Notes: generated by a model from the sequence alone, not told the origin. 64,000 nucleotides of DNA from Mayamaea pseudoterrestris (GCA_027923505.1 BROI01000018.1:372001-436000), one strand, 5' to 3'. Numbered from the stretch's first letter, positions 37,821-48,604 are shown. Numbers and translations are program-made.

Positions 37821-39164
37821 TCATTCTTTCAAAGTAAACACATCGTCGCTTTTTTGTAACTCAATCGCCAAAGCTTTCCAGCCTTGTTTAAACTTTTCAT
37901 TTGGTATGCCACCGTTGTACTCGCCCATGCTCCATTCAAAGTAGGATCGAAATCCTGCTCGCCAAGCAGGATGGTCTGTTGCCACGGGACGGACGCGTCG
38001 AAGCACTTCAATTCCAGTTTGCTCCTGTACTCGTTGCAGGGCGTGGTGGCATGTATCGACCGACTGCTTCAAGTAACCATGAATCATGTTTGTTTCAGGC
38101 GAAAGTGGATCAAACGTGACGATGCAGTTGATCGTTGCATCGGCCTGTAGTTCGGCAACAATTGCAGCTAGTTTGTTTCTCTTGTCCACAAACGAAAGCA
38201 GCTGCACATCTTCAGCATCATCAAGCCTCTTTTGCAACAACCAATTGCGTCGATATCCAGCCCAGCCCGACGCAGCATAGGGCATGAGCGTATACAAATT
38301 TCCACCAAACCGCCGTAGCCACACTCTTGCTTGTCTACAAAATTCATGCGATCCCAACAGCATGGCACCCGACATGCCGCCGAGTCCCTTGTAGAATGAT
38401 ATATAGACTGAATCGAATGGCTCTGTCAATTGAGCCAGTGTCAAGTCGTTGTAGAATGCTTGCGCTTCAAATATGCGCGCGCCATCAGCGTGAAAGGCGA
38501 TTCCACGTGCTCGACAAAGTTCGTCCATGCGACAGATATCCTGCCACGTGGTACACTTGCCGCCCAACTCGCGATGCGGAAGCTCCAGTATCAGCATCGA
38601 AACGTCATGCTGCTGCTGCAGTTTGTCAAGCGTCGATTCGACTTGAGCGTAGCTCATTGGCTGTGAAAAGGCGCCACATATATCGCTTTGAATGACGACA
38701 GCGTCCATGTTGAGCAGCTCCTTGTAACCGTCTTGCTCATGCAGCAGCAAGTGACTTGATGAATGACATGCAAAGCTTTTTGTTGATGACTTCGTCAGTG
38801 TGGATTGCTGCTTTTCATCGCAAGACTGCTGATGGATGAGTAACGCAATCGACTGCGCCATGACACCCGACGGCATAAAGACGGCATCGTCCTTTTCAAA
38901 CTCGATTGCTAATTCTCTTTCAAATGTCCGCAACCAACTAGTCGTATCAGACTTGCCGGCGTCGCCGTTTGCTTGGTCAAAGTCGCCGTAAACGTCCCAC
39001 GTTGTCAAACCAAGTTGTTCGCAGTCTTGCGCCAGCTGCGTAAGCGTTTGCGCTGGAGACAGTTCCGGGTGCTGCGTCTGAAGCGATACTTTGGGTAATC
39101 TAGAGGTTTGATGACTTGCACCAGTGCTAGTGGCGAGCAAAAGTGAGAGTAGCGCCTGCATCAT
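37821..39164 (-). CDS. PLP-dependent low-specificity L-threonine aldolase-like (beta-eliminating lyase family)
   Basis: Motifs AVFMPSGVMAQ, SHLLLHE, ELPHRELGG, HADGAR and DSVYISFYKGLGG (PLP lysine). Short hydrophobic N-terminus. Confidence 0.85.
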   Translation of the reverse strand: MMQALLSLLLATSTGASHQTSRLPKVSLQTQHPELSPAQTLTQLAQDCEQLGLTTWDVYGDFDQANGDAGKSDTTSWLRTFERELAIEFEKDDAVFMPSGVMAQSIALLIHQQSCDEKQQSTLTKSSTKSFACHSSSHLLLHEQDGYKELLNMDAVVIQSDICGAFSQPMSYAQVESTLDKLQQQHDVSMLILELPHRELGGKCTTWQDICRMDELCRARGIAFHADGARIFEAQAFYNDLTLAQLTEPFDSVYISFYKGLGGMSGAMLLGSHEFCRQARVWLRRFGGNLYTLMPYAASGWAGYRRNWLLQKRLDDAEDVQLLSFVDKRNKLAAIVAELQADATINCIVTFDPLSPETNMIHGYLKQSVDTCHHALQRVQEQTGIEVLRRVRPVATDHPAWRAGFRSYFEWSMGEYNGGIPNEKFKQGWKALAIELQKSDDVFTLKE

Positions 39165-39612
39165 GCCAAGGAAAAACGGCGGAACGGATCATGGCGATGG
39201 CGCGATCGAGGAAGGTGGAAGCTGGCGAAGTTGAGTACCGCTATGATTCATGGCGTCATTGGATCTTGCGAAACGCAGAAAGAGAACATGACGTGCACTG
39301 TGACATTTTGTGTACATGAGAATGCCTCGAGTCTTTCTTGTCTTGCCCACACGAGTCTTTCGTCGTCATGGTGGCAGACGACGCCTTCACTTGATAAGCA
39401 GTCTAAACAAAGAGGAGAGACTTGATGCTAATTGCAAGGAAGTGACTCGTCTCTTGCGAAATAGACGAGAAATATCCTAGATCTAATAAGGAGAAGCGAG
39501 TTACTATCTCTTCGCCGCCATCGTTTCTTTCGGCTCGCACCACTTCAGCAAAACACGTCTAACATCATTCGACGGCACGACTAACAATCAACGATAACCT
39601 GCATTACCTATC

Positions 39613-42600
39613 ATGCCGCCTCCAGTGACCCAAGCAATCAGTCATCAGCCGCAGGAGCGAAGACCTAGTGCACCAGCCGGTGCCGCCGCCATGTCATCCT
39701 CCGCCACCTTCCAACGCTTGGGTGGCGTCATGGCGACTCGTCGGGTTCGGACAATGACTCCAGCGGAGACCATTATAAGCAGCAGCAGTACGCAACGACC
39801 AGCATGGATGGACGACTTGAAGCGAACCGTCAAGCAGCGCAAGGCGGATGGTACGCTGTGGCAGCAGTCGCAGGAAAGCATGACACTATCGCCGCCGCAG
39901 TCGCGTCCGGAGTTCATCAAGGAATTGAAAAAGGCTGTTCCACGCGATCAACAGTCGCAGGAACTGGCGGAATGGAAGATGGAGCAGCAAAAGAGTTTAC
40001 TGGTGAATGGAGACGATGGAGACTTGCCAGTCTGGAAGCGAAACCTGATGTTACAAAAGCAGCAATCATCGCCCAAGAAACCAGTAAATGGCAGCAACAA
40101 CAATCACAAAATACGTTTCAATCTACCAAGCACAGAAGATAAGTCGCAAGACAATCATGACGACGACGACGACGACGACAATAGCTCTGTCACAGATTCA
40201 CTCGCCGGCAAGCCTGAATTCATTCGCAAGCAGCGCAAAATGAATTTTCGCAAGGAGGAAGCCATACTGGAGGCTTGCGGCAAGCTTGACGTTGACGCGC
40301 AGCAGCAAATTAACCTTTTGCTCCGAGAAAACTTGGCAACCAAGGTCAAGCACTACAATCAAGCGACGAATGAGATTCGCATTGTGCGACAAACGCCAGC
40401 AGCGTATCAACAAGGCTTGTACAAGGCGGATGGGAGTGGTGATCAAACGAATGATGACAGTGATTCCGAAACGGACGATCCAGAGTTTATACGAGCGCAG
40501 CATGAACTCAAGGATCCAAGTCAACGAGTCATTTACACGTCGTCCTTGCCTCAGCAGCAGTCGACAAGAGCAACGGCGAGTCGTCGCCCTCAAACACCTC
40601 CAACATCAGCCTCGAAAACTACGCAACAATATACCGAGCAATCCACTCATTCACCAATCAACTCACCTCGAAGAGCGCAACCAACGTCTTATCAACAGTC
40701 ACTTATACTCAAGTTTCGACAAATTCTGGCCGGCAAGCTTGACGAAGTCACACGCACGCAGGTGGAGGCGCTGCTCATTGAAGCCTTGGTGGAGGAAGCT
40801 GTACTGCGTGACCATGTGGACGACTTTGACGAAGAAGAGCACGAGCCAGTTTCCGCCATGCGCAAAGTGGTACAGGTATCAACATCGACTGGGTCGCTTT
40901 CGTCGCTGTCAACCAACAAATCCATGCCGCAGCAGCAGTCATCCATGCTGGAGCAAAAACTACTTGCTGGCAGCAAGCAAGCCAAGCGGCAGCAACAACA
41001 AGTTGAGCTTGACATGGATGATGACGAGTCACTTGCCGGCAAGCCGGAATTTTTGCGAAAGTTTCGAAAAATGAATTTTGCAAAAAACGAGCATGTTTTG
41101 GAAGCGAGTGGATGCAATTTTATGGGAATGAGCGACGCACTCATGGATGAGGCAAACAAAATAACTGCTACTACTTTGGCTGCAAGCAATGAAGCGCCGA
41201 CTATTGCTTCGGCAAAGATTGTGCCCAAATCGGTAACCGCACAGCCTTTGGTGGCAAAAAGCAAATGGACGCCACCGGCAAAGGTTGACAACAAGCCTGT
41301 GGTTACCGTTGCTTCGGCTCCGTCAAAGGTGCAAACACCTGTAGCACCTAGTAACGGAACTGTTAGCGCGTCGGACACAAAGCCAGAATTTTTGCGAAAG
41401 TTTGACAAGATGAATTTCAAAAAGGATGAAACAGTTTTGGAAACCAGCGGGAAACGAGAATTTATGCAGTTTACATCGATTGGAGAGTCAATAACCGGCA
41501 GCCTGACTACATCAGTGTCTACCACGTTTGTCGCCAAGGCGAATGCAATTGCTGCAGATTATGAAAAGGAGATTGACATGAATGATTTCTTATTCAATCG
41601 AGACGACATGAATTGCTCTAGCCACAATGAAGCTGCAGAGTATATCAAGGCACGGACACTGCAGGCGTTGACTGAGGACGAAGCGTTGGATGAAGCGGAA
41701 CGAAAATTGGCGACGGAACAACTGGAGATGCTGCTAGCTACCAGAAGCTCGCCGGAAACGAAGACAGATACAATTGATAATGCCAAGACGGAAAACGAAC
41801 CGGAATGGCGGCTCAAGTTTCGTCAAATGAAGTTCCGCAAGGAAAATGAGACACTTGCAGATTCAGGCACGAATCATAAAAGCTTCAATAAAAACTCTGC
41901 AGACGTAAAATCTATTACGAGAAGAGAAAATGGGTTACAGAATCCGGTCAAGCATATTGCGCCACCGGCAAAGCCCGTCAATGCAACGGTTGAACATATT
42001 ATGATGGTTGAAACAACGACGACAGTCGCCGCGACGACGATCTCGTCGTCTTGTCCAAGTCAGCAACAATCTGCGATACCCTCCAGTCCAATTTGTCAGA
42101 ACCCAAGTTTGCCTAGGAGTCTTTCCGTTTCCGACGGCAAGCCTGAATGGATGAAAAAGTTTCAATCAATGCAATTCAACAAAGACGAAACAGTTCTCGT
42201 AGCCGGAGGAGTATCATCCAGTACAATCGTCGATAATTTAAGTGTAAAGGAACCTGCCAGCGAAGCCGTTTCGACAAATGTGGAAGATAGTTCGACAAAA
42301 CTACTTCATTTAGTGCAAAAAGAAGTGGCGGTGGACGTGAATAATACACAGCCTCACATTGATACTATTGCGATGGCTGGGATGTCGACTGGCAATGACG
42401 CACAATTAACAAGCAACCGCAAGGAAGATAATGGCTCGAGAGAACAAACATTAATGTTTAAAAGTGATGAATTTGCTTTGCCAATTGTTGCTGAACCGCA
42501 AACAACATGTGCAGGGCAAGATGACAGGCCGCCGAGCAGTAATGTCGTGAATGTAGCGAAGGCACCTGACACGTTGGTCAAAAGTAAGCCCCCGGTCATG

Positions 42601-44697
42601 TCAGAAGCTATGGAGCTCGCAACAGTCGAAATCAATGACGAAGACGACGAGCATATAAACGAGCGAAAGGAAGCGGACAACGACGATTTTTTCAATGGGC
42701 AAGCGTTTGCACCAGAATTGAATGTATTTGAAAGTAATGCTGCCGTAGAGCTTGACGCTTTTGCTTCATTCGACGATGCTGCTGCTGATTTCGGTTCCTT
42801 TGGTAAGCCAGAAGCGCCCATTGCAGTTGACGACGCGATTCAAACTGTGAATGGGTTTGCAGACTTGAAGATCATTGACGGAGGAGATAAAATATCTTTC
42901 ACTGCAGAAAAAGTTGATATTGAACCTCGTAAATCGTCGCCTAAAACAGAGACTCCGGGTACTCATTTGAGTGAGCGGATGAAGAAAGACGAGAGGGTTG
43001 CTGAGCGAAAGAATGCGCCCAGGTCGTCGCGATCTGTTTCTTCGGTATCTGACAAACATGGCACGAAGTCTAGCTCCTTTAGAAGCGAACGACGAGAAAA
43101 TGAAAATTGCTCGCCGCCAAGAACCGGTCGCAATAATTCACCTTCCGCTTCACAGCGAAAGGCCGAGACGGACAAATCGCGCCGTCGATCCTCAAATGGC
43201 TCTGATCATCGTCTACAACAAGAAGGTAAGCGCGAACGACGCTCCTCAAGAGCGGGAACTGAGTCACGCGAGCGGAGAATGTCGCGATCAGGGAATGAGC
43301 ATTCTTGTGATCGCATGAAACCAGATGTCGACAAGGCGAGGCGTGATTACGGAAAATCACGCGCTACCAGCAGTCGGCGGCTGTCGATGGATGACAAGAC
43401 GACATGCTCTCGCTCGTCTGGAGAATCTCGAACTTCATTTGGGTCGAGAGAAGCTGCCACTGATGATAAAAATAGGCATCTAACACGCAAGCCTTCAGCG
43501 AGCGATAGGGATTCTGTGGATACACGGTCACGGGACGATAGAGGGAAGGGCAATGAGCGCTCCGACCGATCCTCAAAAGATCGAGACGACAGACGGCGGA
43601 GAGGCAAAGACGATCGATCCGTGAGAAGTAGGGATGAACAATCAGTAAAGAGCAAAGACAGTCATGGCAATAGCGGTCGGGATTCCAATCAAACTTCACC
43701 AAGCTTCAGAAAGTCATCAAGAAAAATGAAACGAGCTAGCAGTAATGGAACATTGACCGGAATGCCTTTAGTATTGGAAGGACCTTTCGAAGGCAGCGAT
43801 AGAAAGCAAGAGACTAAAGTCGGAGAAGGCGATACAGCGGGCGTTAATGCACCTGTCGAAGCATCACGACAGAAGTCCGGAAAGATGCAACCGAAGGACA
43901 CCGCCGAGTTTATGAAACTGCTCCACATGAGTGTTAACGATCTTTCTAGCAAGAAGAAGGTGGACAATCACCGGGGATCTCGATCCAAAGGCGTTACAGC
44001 ATCCGCGAGAACAGACCGGAAGAAGCTCCACTCAAAAGATAAGATTGCTGATGTTTCAATGCCTGTCCTTCCAATGGACTTCACAGAGTTTGACGACAAC
44101 GATGACGCGCGGGGCAACGAAGGTACCCCATTCGACGACGATCCTTGGGAAGATGCTGGAGGAAAGGGATCTGGGAACGATTTTGACGAGTTTGACTTCG
44201 ATGACGGTTTTGCCAAAGCACGTGACAATGAAGAATCCGAAACGCGCAGCGAAGGATTCAACACTCTCCACATGTCTGCAACTTCTGAGATATTTATCGA
44301 CCCCTCGCAACTGACCCGCACAACCATGACACCAGTTACAAAAGTCATTAAAGTCGGTGGCTTTGATACTGATGGATTTGACTTTTCTCCCTCTGGTGTT
44401 AGTATGAGTTCGGATAAGGAGCCACCTTCGCGCCGCGTCGCGAGGAGTCGCTCCATCGACATGTCCCCTGTTATTGCGGACGATAACATAGTCCGCAAAG
44501 GTCGAAGATCGAGCGGACTGATGAATAGCATGTCGGCGTTTGAATCTGCCTCCACAGCCGAATTCACGGTCACCAAAGCATCGGCTCGTGGAAGACCGGA
44601 CAATTCACCAGGACCGAAATCGGACAAGAAATCGCGAAATAAGAACAGGAAGAAGAAGGAAACGGTCTTTGATACATATGACTGGACCGTATCGTAA
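39613..44697 (+). CDS. Large (1694 aa) low-complexity hypothetical protein with a repeated KPEFxxKFxxMxFxKxExxL motif
   Basis: Uninterrupted 5-kb ORF rich in S/D/E/K/Q. I recognise no globular domain. Confidence 0.8.
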   Translation: MPPPVTQAISHQPQERRPSAPAGAAAMSSSATFQRLGGVMATRRVRTMTPAETIISSSSTQRPAWMDDLKRTVKQRKADGTLWQQSQESMTLSPPQSRPEFIKELKKAVPRDQQSQELAEWKMEQQKSLLVNGDDGDLPVWKRNLMLQKQQSSPKKPVNGSNNNHKIRFNLPSTEDKSQDNHDDDDDDDNSSVTDSLAGKPEFIRKQRKMNFRKEEAILEACGKLDVDAQQQINLLLRENLATKVKHYNQATNEIRIVRQTPAAYQQGLYKADGSGDQTNDDSDSETDDPEFIRAQHELKDPSQRVIYTSSLPQQQSTRATASRRPQTPPTSASKTTQQYTEQSTHSPINSPRRAQPTSYQQSLILKFRQILAGKLDEVTRTQVEALLIEALVEEAVLRDHVDDFDEEEHEPVSAMRKVVQVSTSTGSLSSLSTNKSMPQQQSSMLEQKLLAGSKQAKRQQQQVELDMDDDESLAGKPEFLRKFRKMNFAKNEHVLEASGCNFMGMSDALMDEANKITATTLAASNEAPTIASAKIVPKSVTAQPLVAKSKWTPPAKVDNKPVVTVASAPSKVQTPVAPSNGTVSASDTKPEFLRKFDKMNFKKDETVLETSGKREFMQFTSIGESITGSLTTSVSTTFVAKANAIAADYEKEIDMNDFLFNRDDMNCSSHNEAAEYIKARTLQALTEDEALDEAERKLATEQLEMLLATRSSPETKTDTIDNAKTENEPEWRLKFRQMKFRKENETLADSGTNHKSFNKNSADVKSITRRENGLQNPVKHIAPPAKPVNATVEHIMMVETTTTVAATTISSSCPSQQQSAIPSSPICQNPSLPRSLSVSDGKPEWMKKFQSMQFNKDETVLVAGGVSSSTIVDNLSVKEPASEAVSTNVEDSSTKLLHLVQKEVAVDVNNTQPHIDTIAMAGMSTGNDAQLTSNRKEDNGSREQTLMFKSDEFALPIVAEPQTTCAGQDDRPPSSNVVNVAKAPDTLVKSKPPVMSEAMELATVEINDEDDEHINERKEADNDDFFNGQAFAPELNVFESNAAVELDAFASFDDAAADFGSFGKPEAPIAVDDAIQTVNGFADLKIIDGGDKISFTAEKVDIEPRKSSPKTETPGTHLSERMKKDERVAERKNAPRSSRSVSSVSDKHGTKSSSFRSERRENENCSPPRTGRNNSPSASQRKAETDKSRRRSSNGSDHRLQQEGKRERRSSRAGTESRERRMSRSGNEHSCDRMKPDVDKARRDYGKSRATSSRRLSMDDKTTCSRSSGESRTSFGSREAATDDKNRHLTRKPSASDRDSVDTRSRDDRGKGNERSDRSSKDRDDRRRRGKDDRSVRSRDEQSVKSKDSHGNSGRDSNQTSPSFRKSSRKMKRASSNGTLTGMPLVLEGPFEGSDRKQETKVGEGDTAGVNAPVEASRQKSGKMQPKDTAEFMKLLHMSVNDLSSKKKVDNHRGSRSKGVTASARTDRKKLHSKDKIADVSMPVLPMDFTEFDDNDDARGNEGTPFDDDPWEDAGGKGSGNDFDEFDFDDGFAKARDNEESETRSEGFNTLHMSATSEIFIDPSQLTRTTMTPVTKVIKVGGFDTDGFDFSPSGVSMSSDKEPPSRRVARSRSIDMSPVIADDNIVRKGRRSSGLMNSMSAFESASTAEFTVTKASARGRPDNSPGPKSDKKSRNKNRKKKETVFDTYDWTVS

Positions 44698-45951
44698 GCT
44701 TCATTGAACGAATGACCGGATTGCTTTTGTACTAGTACGAACAGCAACAAGTCGCAGAAGCACTGCCTAGTATGACCTGTTAGGTCGGACCTCAATGGAG
44801 CTGCATCTGATGTATGTACTGGTATTCTTCTCGTCCCTATCGTTTGACGATGGTATGCATAGTGCTCATTAATGAGCAGCAGAAGTGCGTCGAGCGGAAG
44901 GCAGCATTTCAACATCGCCAAAATGTGTCGCATCGAAACCCCAAGCAGTAACGATGCGACGCGAGCGGTTTGCCCATCGGCGCAAGTCGCGACCATGACC
45001 GCACACCCTTGATGGTGCCGCTGATTTCTGTCCGACTCGTCTCCTAGCTTCTTATCATGGTTGTTCCACAACGTAGCGGAGAAATTGAAGCAGAGTCTTA
45101 TGTACGTGAAATGCAAAGCTTTGAGGACGCACAATGCCATGGTTTCACTTGCTGCTTGAACTTTCGTACGTTTGGAGTTCAGTATCGCTCACTAATTTTC
45201 AACTTTTCATTATGGGCAGATTACGAAAATAACATGCGCCGATCTTATATACGACTTTAATGCTAAGAAAGCCGAGGGGAAGGGACCGGAGTATTCGCTG
45301 GAGCTTGCGATAAAAGTACGTGTTTGTAGGCAATTTGCAAGACACCTGTATATGTAGTTGAATCTCGCAGAAAGAGTTAACGGCGACATATCTTACGTTC
45401 AATTCTTTATTTTGTCTCTCAACTCACTTACTGATGTATACAGGTTAGCGATTGTATCCTTTTGAGCAACGAAAGAGTCAAGGACTCGCCCTGCGAAGAA
45501 ATTCGTCAATCATACATGGAATGTCGAAAGCAGCATCGCATTAGGGGTCCCTGCCGTCAACTGGGATTGATGTTAGAAGAATGCGTTGCCAAGCATGTTG
45601 GAAGACTAGACTGATTGACACGGACGCAGAGACTTGGCTCGACGCTCAAGCCACGTTACACTCGAGAATTGTTTTAGTCACAATGTTAATACAGTAGACC
45701 TTAACTTGCACTCGTAAAGTAAGCGGCGATTTACAGCTGCAATATCTACCGTAAGCTTCGTCTGGTTTGCATGAAGTTCATATAACTTTGATTGCCTCGT
45801 TACGCTGGCGTGTCTGGCGAAGGCGTTGAAAGAAGGAGGAGAGAGGAAGAGCGTTGCCTCAACACCTTGCTATCCAGGCCAGACAATATCGTAATTAAAA
45901 CGTAGTTTGCGTTCTATATATGCAATCGCCTTACATTATCGTATAATCTAT

Positions 45952-48069
45952 TTACAATCCTTTTGCTCCAGGCTCTTGTGTGGCAGTATCTTCAGCATCG
46001 CCGCCAGTTGCAGCCTTAGTAGGTTTGTCGCTGTCAGATGTTGCTTCCTCCTTTGTTGTCTCCTCCTTGTCACCGTCGGTACCTTCCGAGACATTGGTAG
46101 TTTCTTCATCTTTAGTAGGCTCCTCCTTCTCCTCGTCAGTCCCCTTTGATACGTCAGTCGTTTCCTCATCCTTGACAGGCTGTGTAGATGCCTCTTCATC
46201 ACCCTTGGATGCATCAGTTGTTTCTTCATTCTTGACAGGCTCTTCCTTGTCCTCGGCCTCTACTGGCGCATCAGTGGGTTCGTCCTTGACAGGCTGTTTC
46301 GTTGCCTCGGTATCGGTTGGTGCATCAGTGGATTCTTCATCCTTGACAGGCTGTTTTGTTGCCTCGGCATCTTTTGGTGCATCAGTGGATTCGTCATCCT
46401 TGGCAGGTTCTTCCTTGTCCTTGGCATCTACAGGCGCATCAGTAGATTCGTCATCCTTGACAGGCTCTTCCTTGTCCTCGCCATCTTTTGGTGCATCTGT
46501 GGATTCGTCATCCTTGACAGGCTGTTTTGTCGTTTCGGCATCTTTTGGTGCATCAGTGGATTCATCCTTGACAGGCTGTTTTGTTGCCTTGTCATCTTTT
46601 GGTGCATCAGTGGATTCGTCATTCTTCACGGGCTGTGTTGTCGTCTCGGCATCCTTTGGTGCATCAGTGGATTCGTCATCCTTGACAGGCTGTTTTGTTG
46701 CCTCACCAACTTTCAGCGCATCAGTGGATTCGTCATCCTTGGCAGGCTCTTCCTTGTCTTCGGCATCTTTTGGTGCATCAGTGGATTTGTCATCCTTGGC
46801 AGGCTGTTTTGATGCCTCGTCGCTACCCTTTAATACATCGGTTGTTTCTTCATCCGTGACAGGCACTTCCTTGTCGTCGTCAGCACCCTTTGATGCATCG
46901 GTTGCTTCTTCATCCGTGACAGGCTCTTCCTTGTCCTCGTCGCTACCCTTTGAGGTATCAGTACTATCTTCTTCCTTGACAGGCTCCTCCTTGTCTTCGG
47001 CTTCTGCTGGAGCCTCCGAATCTGCTGGAACAATGATAGGTGCACTCTCCCCGTCGTCTTGAACAATGTTCGCCTCCTCACCGTCAAGCTCCAGCGGAAC
47101 AACTCCCATGGAAGGCTGGTCACTGGGCGCGTCGCTACTGAAAGGAACGATGGTAGGAGCATCCGACACCAACTCCTCGTCGCCGCCGCGAATGGCAATC
47201 ACAGAGTTGATTCGCACGATTCCATCCACTGACGGCGCAACGCTGCCAGTGACGAGTATACTGCTTGGTTGCATGCTTGGAACGTCGCTCACGTCCATGC
47301 TTCCCATGCTTGGCATGTCGCTGGGAGCGTCGGATTCAATTCTTGCACCAAGTGTTGAATCCTCCTTGTCACTTCCAAAGTTTCCCATCCAAAAGTCTTG
47401 ATTCACCTTTTGTACTTTTTCATTGTCAACTTCGAGCAAGCGGCGACCAACTGGCATGCGACTCGGCATGTCCGACGGTGCGTCGCTGGTGGCAGAAACT
47501 CCCAAACTGGGAAGATCCGACGGCATATCCGAAGGCGCGTCCGACGCAAAAAGACTCGTCGGCATAAAGGTTGGCGGCGGCGTGGTGAAGCGCGAGGACG
47601 GTCGCGCCGTTGGTTCAATGCGCGCGTCAATGCCCGGACGCTCCGTGGCTAGGTTTCCCATCCAAAAGTCTTGCTTGGCGACGGATCTGTCGTCCACTGC
47701 GGCAAGGTTTGGAACACTGGTGGGCACAAGGCTGGGGTAGTCGCTAACGACAGTGTCATCGTTTGAAAAGATGCGAGACGGTGTACCTGACGGAACGTCC
47801 GATGGCATGCTGCTTGGAACATCGCTCGGAACGTCGCTGGCCAGCAGCTCGCCAAAGGGTGGTAGACTGGAGTGGTCGACGACATTTGCACCCTTGTCGT
47901 TGCCGTCTGTTGCTGAATAGGGCATGATGGAAGGATACTCTTGCGTGACGTCGCCCACCCATCCGGCTTCGACGTAGTCAATTTCATCCTCGTCATATTT
48001 CACCTTCTTGGCGTATGCCGAAGTAGCTAGTAGGAACGTTGTAGCGAATGTGAGTGAAACGACCTTCAT
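45952..48069 (-). CDS. Secreted acidic tandem-repeat protein (candidate cell-wall/extracellular glycoprotein)
   Basis: Signal peptide MKVVSLTFATTFLLATSAYA, SDxPSxxPS repeats, an RRLL motif and ~17 acidic 18-20-aa repeats (e.g. EATKQPVKDDESTDAPKDA). No TM segment is seen after the signal. Confidence 0.85.
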   Translation of the reverse strand: MKVVSLTFATTFLLATSAYAKKVKYDEDEIDYVEAGWVGDVTQEYPSIMPYSATDGNDKGANVVDHSSLPPFGELLASDVPSDVPSSMPSDVPSGTPSRIFSNDDTVVSDYPSLVPTSVPNLAAVDDRSVAKQDFWMGNLATERPGIDARIEPTARPSSRFTTPPPTFMPTSLFASDAPSDMPSDLPSLGVSATSDAPSDMPSRMPVGRRLLEVDNEKVQKVNQDFWMGNFGSDKEDSTLGARIESDAPSDMPSMGSMDVSDVPSMQPSSILVTGSVAPSVDGIVRINSVIAIRGGDEELVSDAPTIVPFSSDAPSDQPSMGVVPLELDGEEANIVQDDGESAPIIVPADSEAPAEAEDKEEPVKEEDSTDTSKGSDEDKEEPVTDEEATDASKGADDDKEVPVTDEETTDVLKGSDEASKQPAKDDKSTDAPKDAEDKEEPAKDDESTDALKVGEATKQPVKDDESTDAPKDAETTTQPVKNDESTDAPKDDKATKQPVKDESTDAPKDAETTKQPVKDDESTDAPKDGEDKEEPVKDDESTDAPVDAKDKEEPAKDDESTDAPKDAEATKQPVKDEESTDAPTDTEATKQPVKDEPTDAPVEAEDKEEPVKNEETTDASKGDEEASTQPVKDEETTDVSKGTDEEKEEPTKDEETTNVSEGTDGDKEETTKEEATSDSDKPTKAATGGDAEDTATQEPGAKGL
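46030..46998 (-). repeat. Coding minisatellite, ~54-60-bp units, inside the secreted protein gene
   Basis: tgcatcagtggattcgtcatccttgacaggct recurs on the + strand at ~57-bp spacing, with in-frame unit lengths. Confidence 0.9.
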
Positions 48070-48604
48070 GGTGGCGTTGTTGTTGCTGCTAAAGTGTGTG
48101 TCGAAATCGATTAGTTTTTCGAATGCTTTTTTATCCGTATTATGATTTATTTGATATTATGCGTGTGCGTATAGTCGCTGACAATGCCAAAGAATCGAAT
48201 TGCATGGAATGGATGTCCCGAGACTTCTATGTACAGCAGTTTAGCGGCGTTGGCGAGACTTGCGGTGCGCGATGTGAGTTCGCTTTGCCTTCAATGTCAT
48301 TGGCGACGAGACTCATGTCGACTAACTTGACAGAGAAGTGTAGAATGACTGTAAGATTTGGTAGACTTGTTACTATCATAGCTACGATATTGGTGCACTA
48401 GATCCCGTCGAAAGCACAGAATCAAATTCTTTGCGACGCGAAGATGGTGCGGTCGCCAAATGAGTACCGCTGCGATGCGTGACAAATGGCCGGCGCGGCA
48501 GCGGTTTTGGGACGATTCATCGCGCATCGAGGCAGTCGCAAATCACCATGAACCTCATGCATGCAAGGCGGCAAGTGCGTCAGTCGTCTAGTCAGTACAC
48601 TACT

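Noticed and set aside
33539..39164. Functional clustering of Rpt6, RAD54-like and the aldolase with the SIT/Myb genes
   Set aside because: These are unrelated housekeeping functions in mixed orientation, as expected in a compact genome.
43968..45140. 390-aa ORF antisense to the end of the 1694-aa gene
   Set aside because: It mostly overlaps the sense gene and has no recognisable motifs. Long antisense ORFs also shadow the SIT and Myb genes here.
44700..45950. Possible ncRNA or gene in the 1.2-kb gap between convergent genes
   Set aside because: There are only short ORFs and no tRNA-like or other structure that I can support.
45980..47062. 360-aa Ser-rich ORF on the + strand
   Set aside because: It is the antisense shadow of the in-frame coding minisatellite. 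The - strand ORF has the ATG, the signal peptide and the full architecture.
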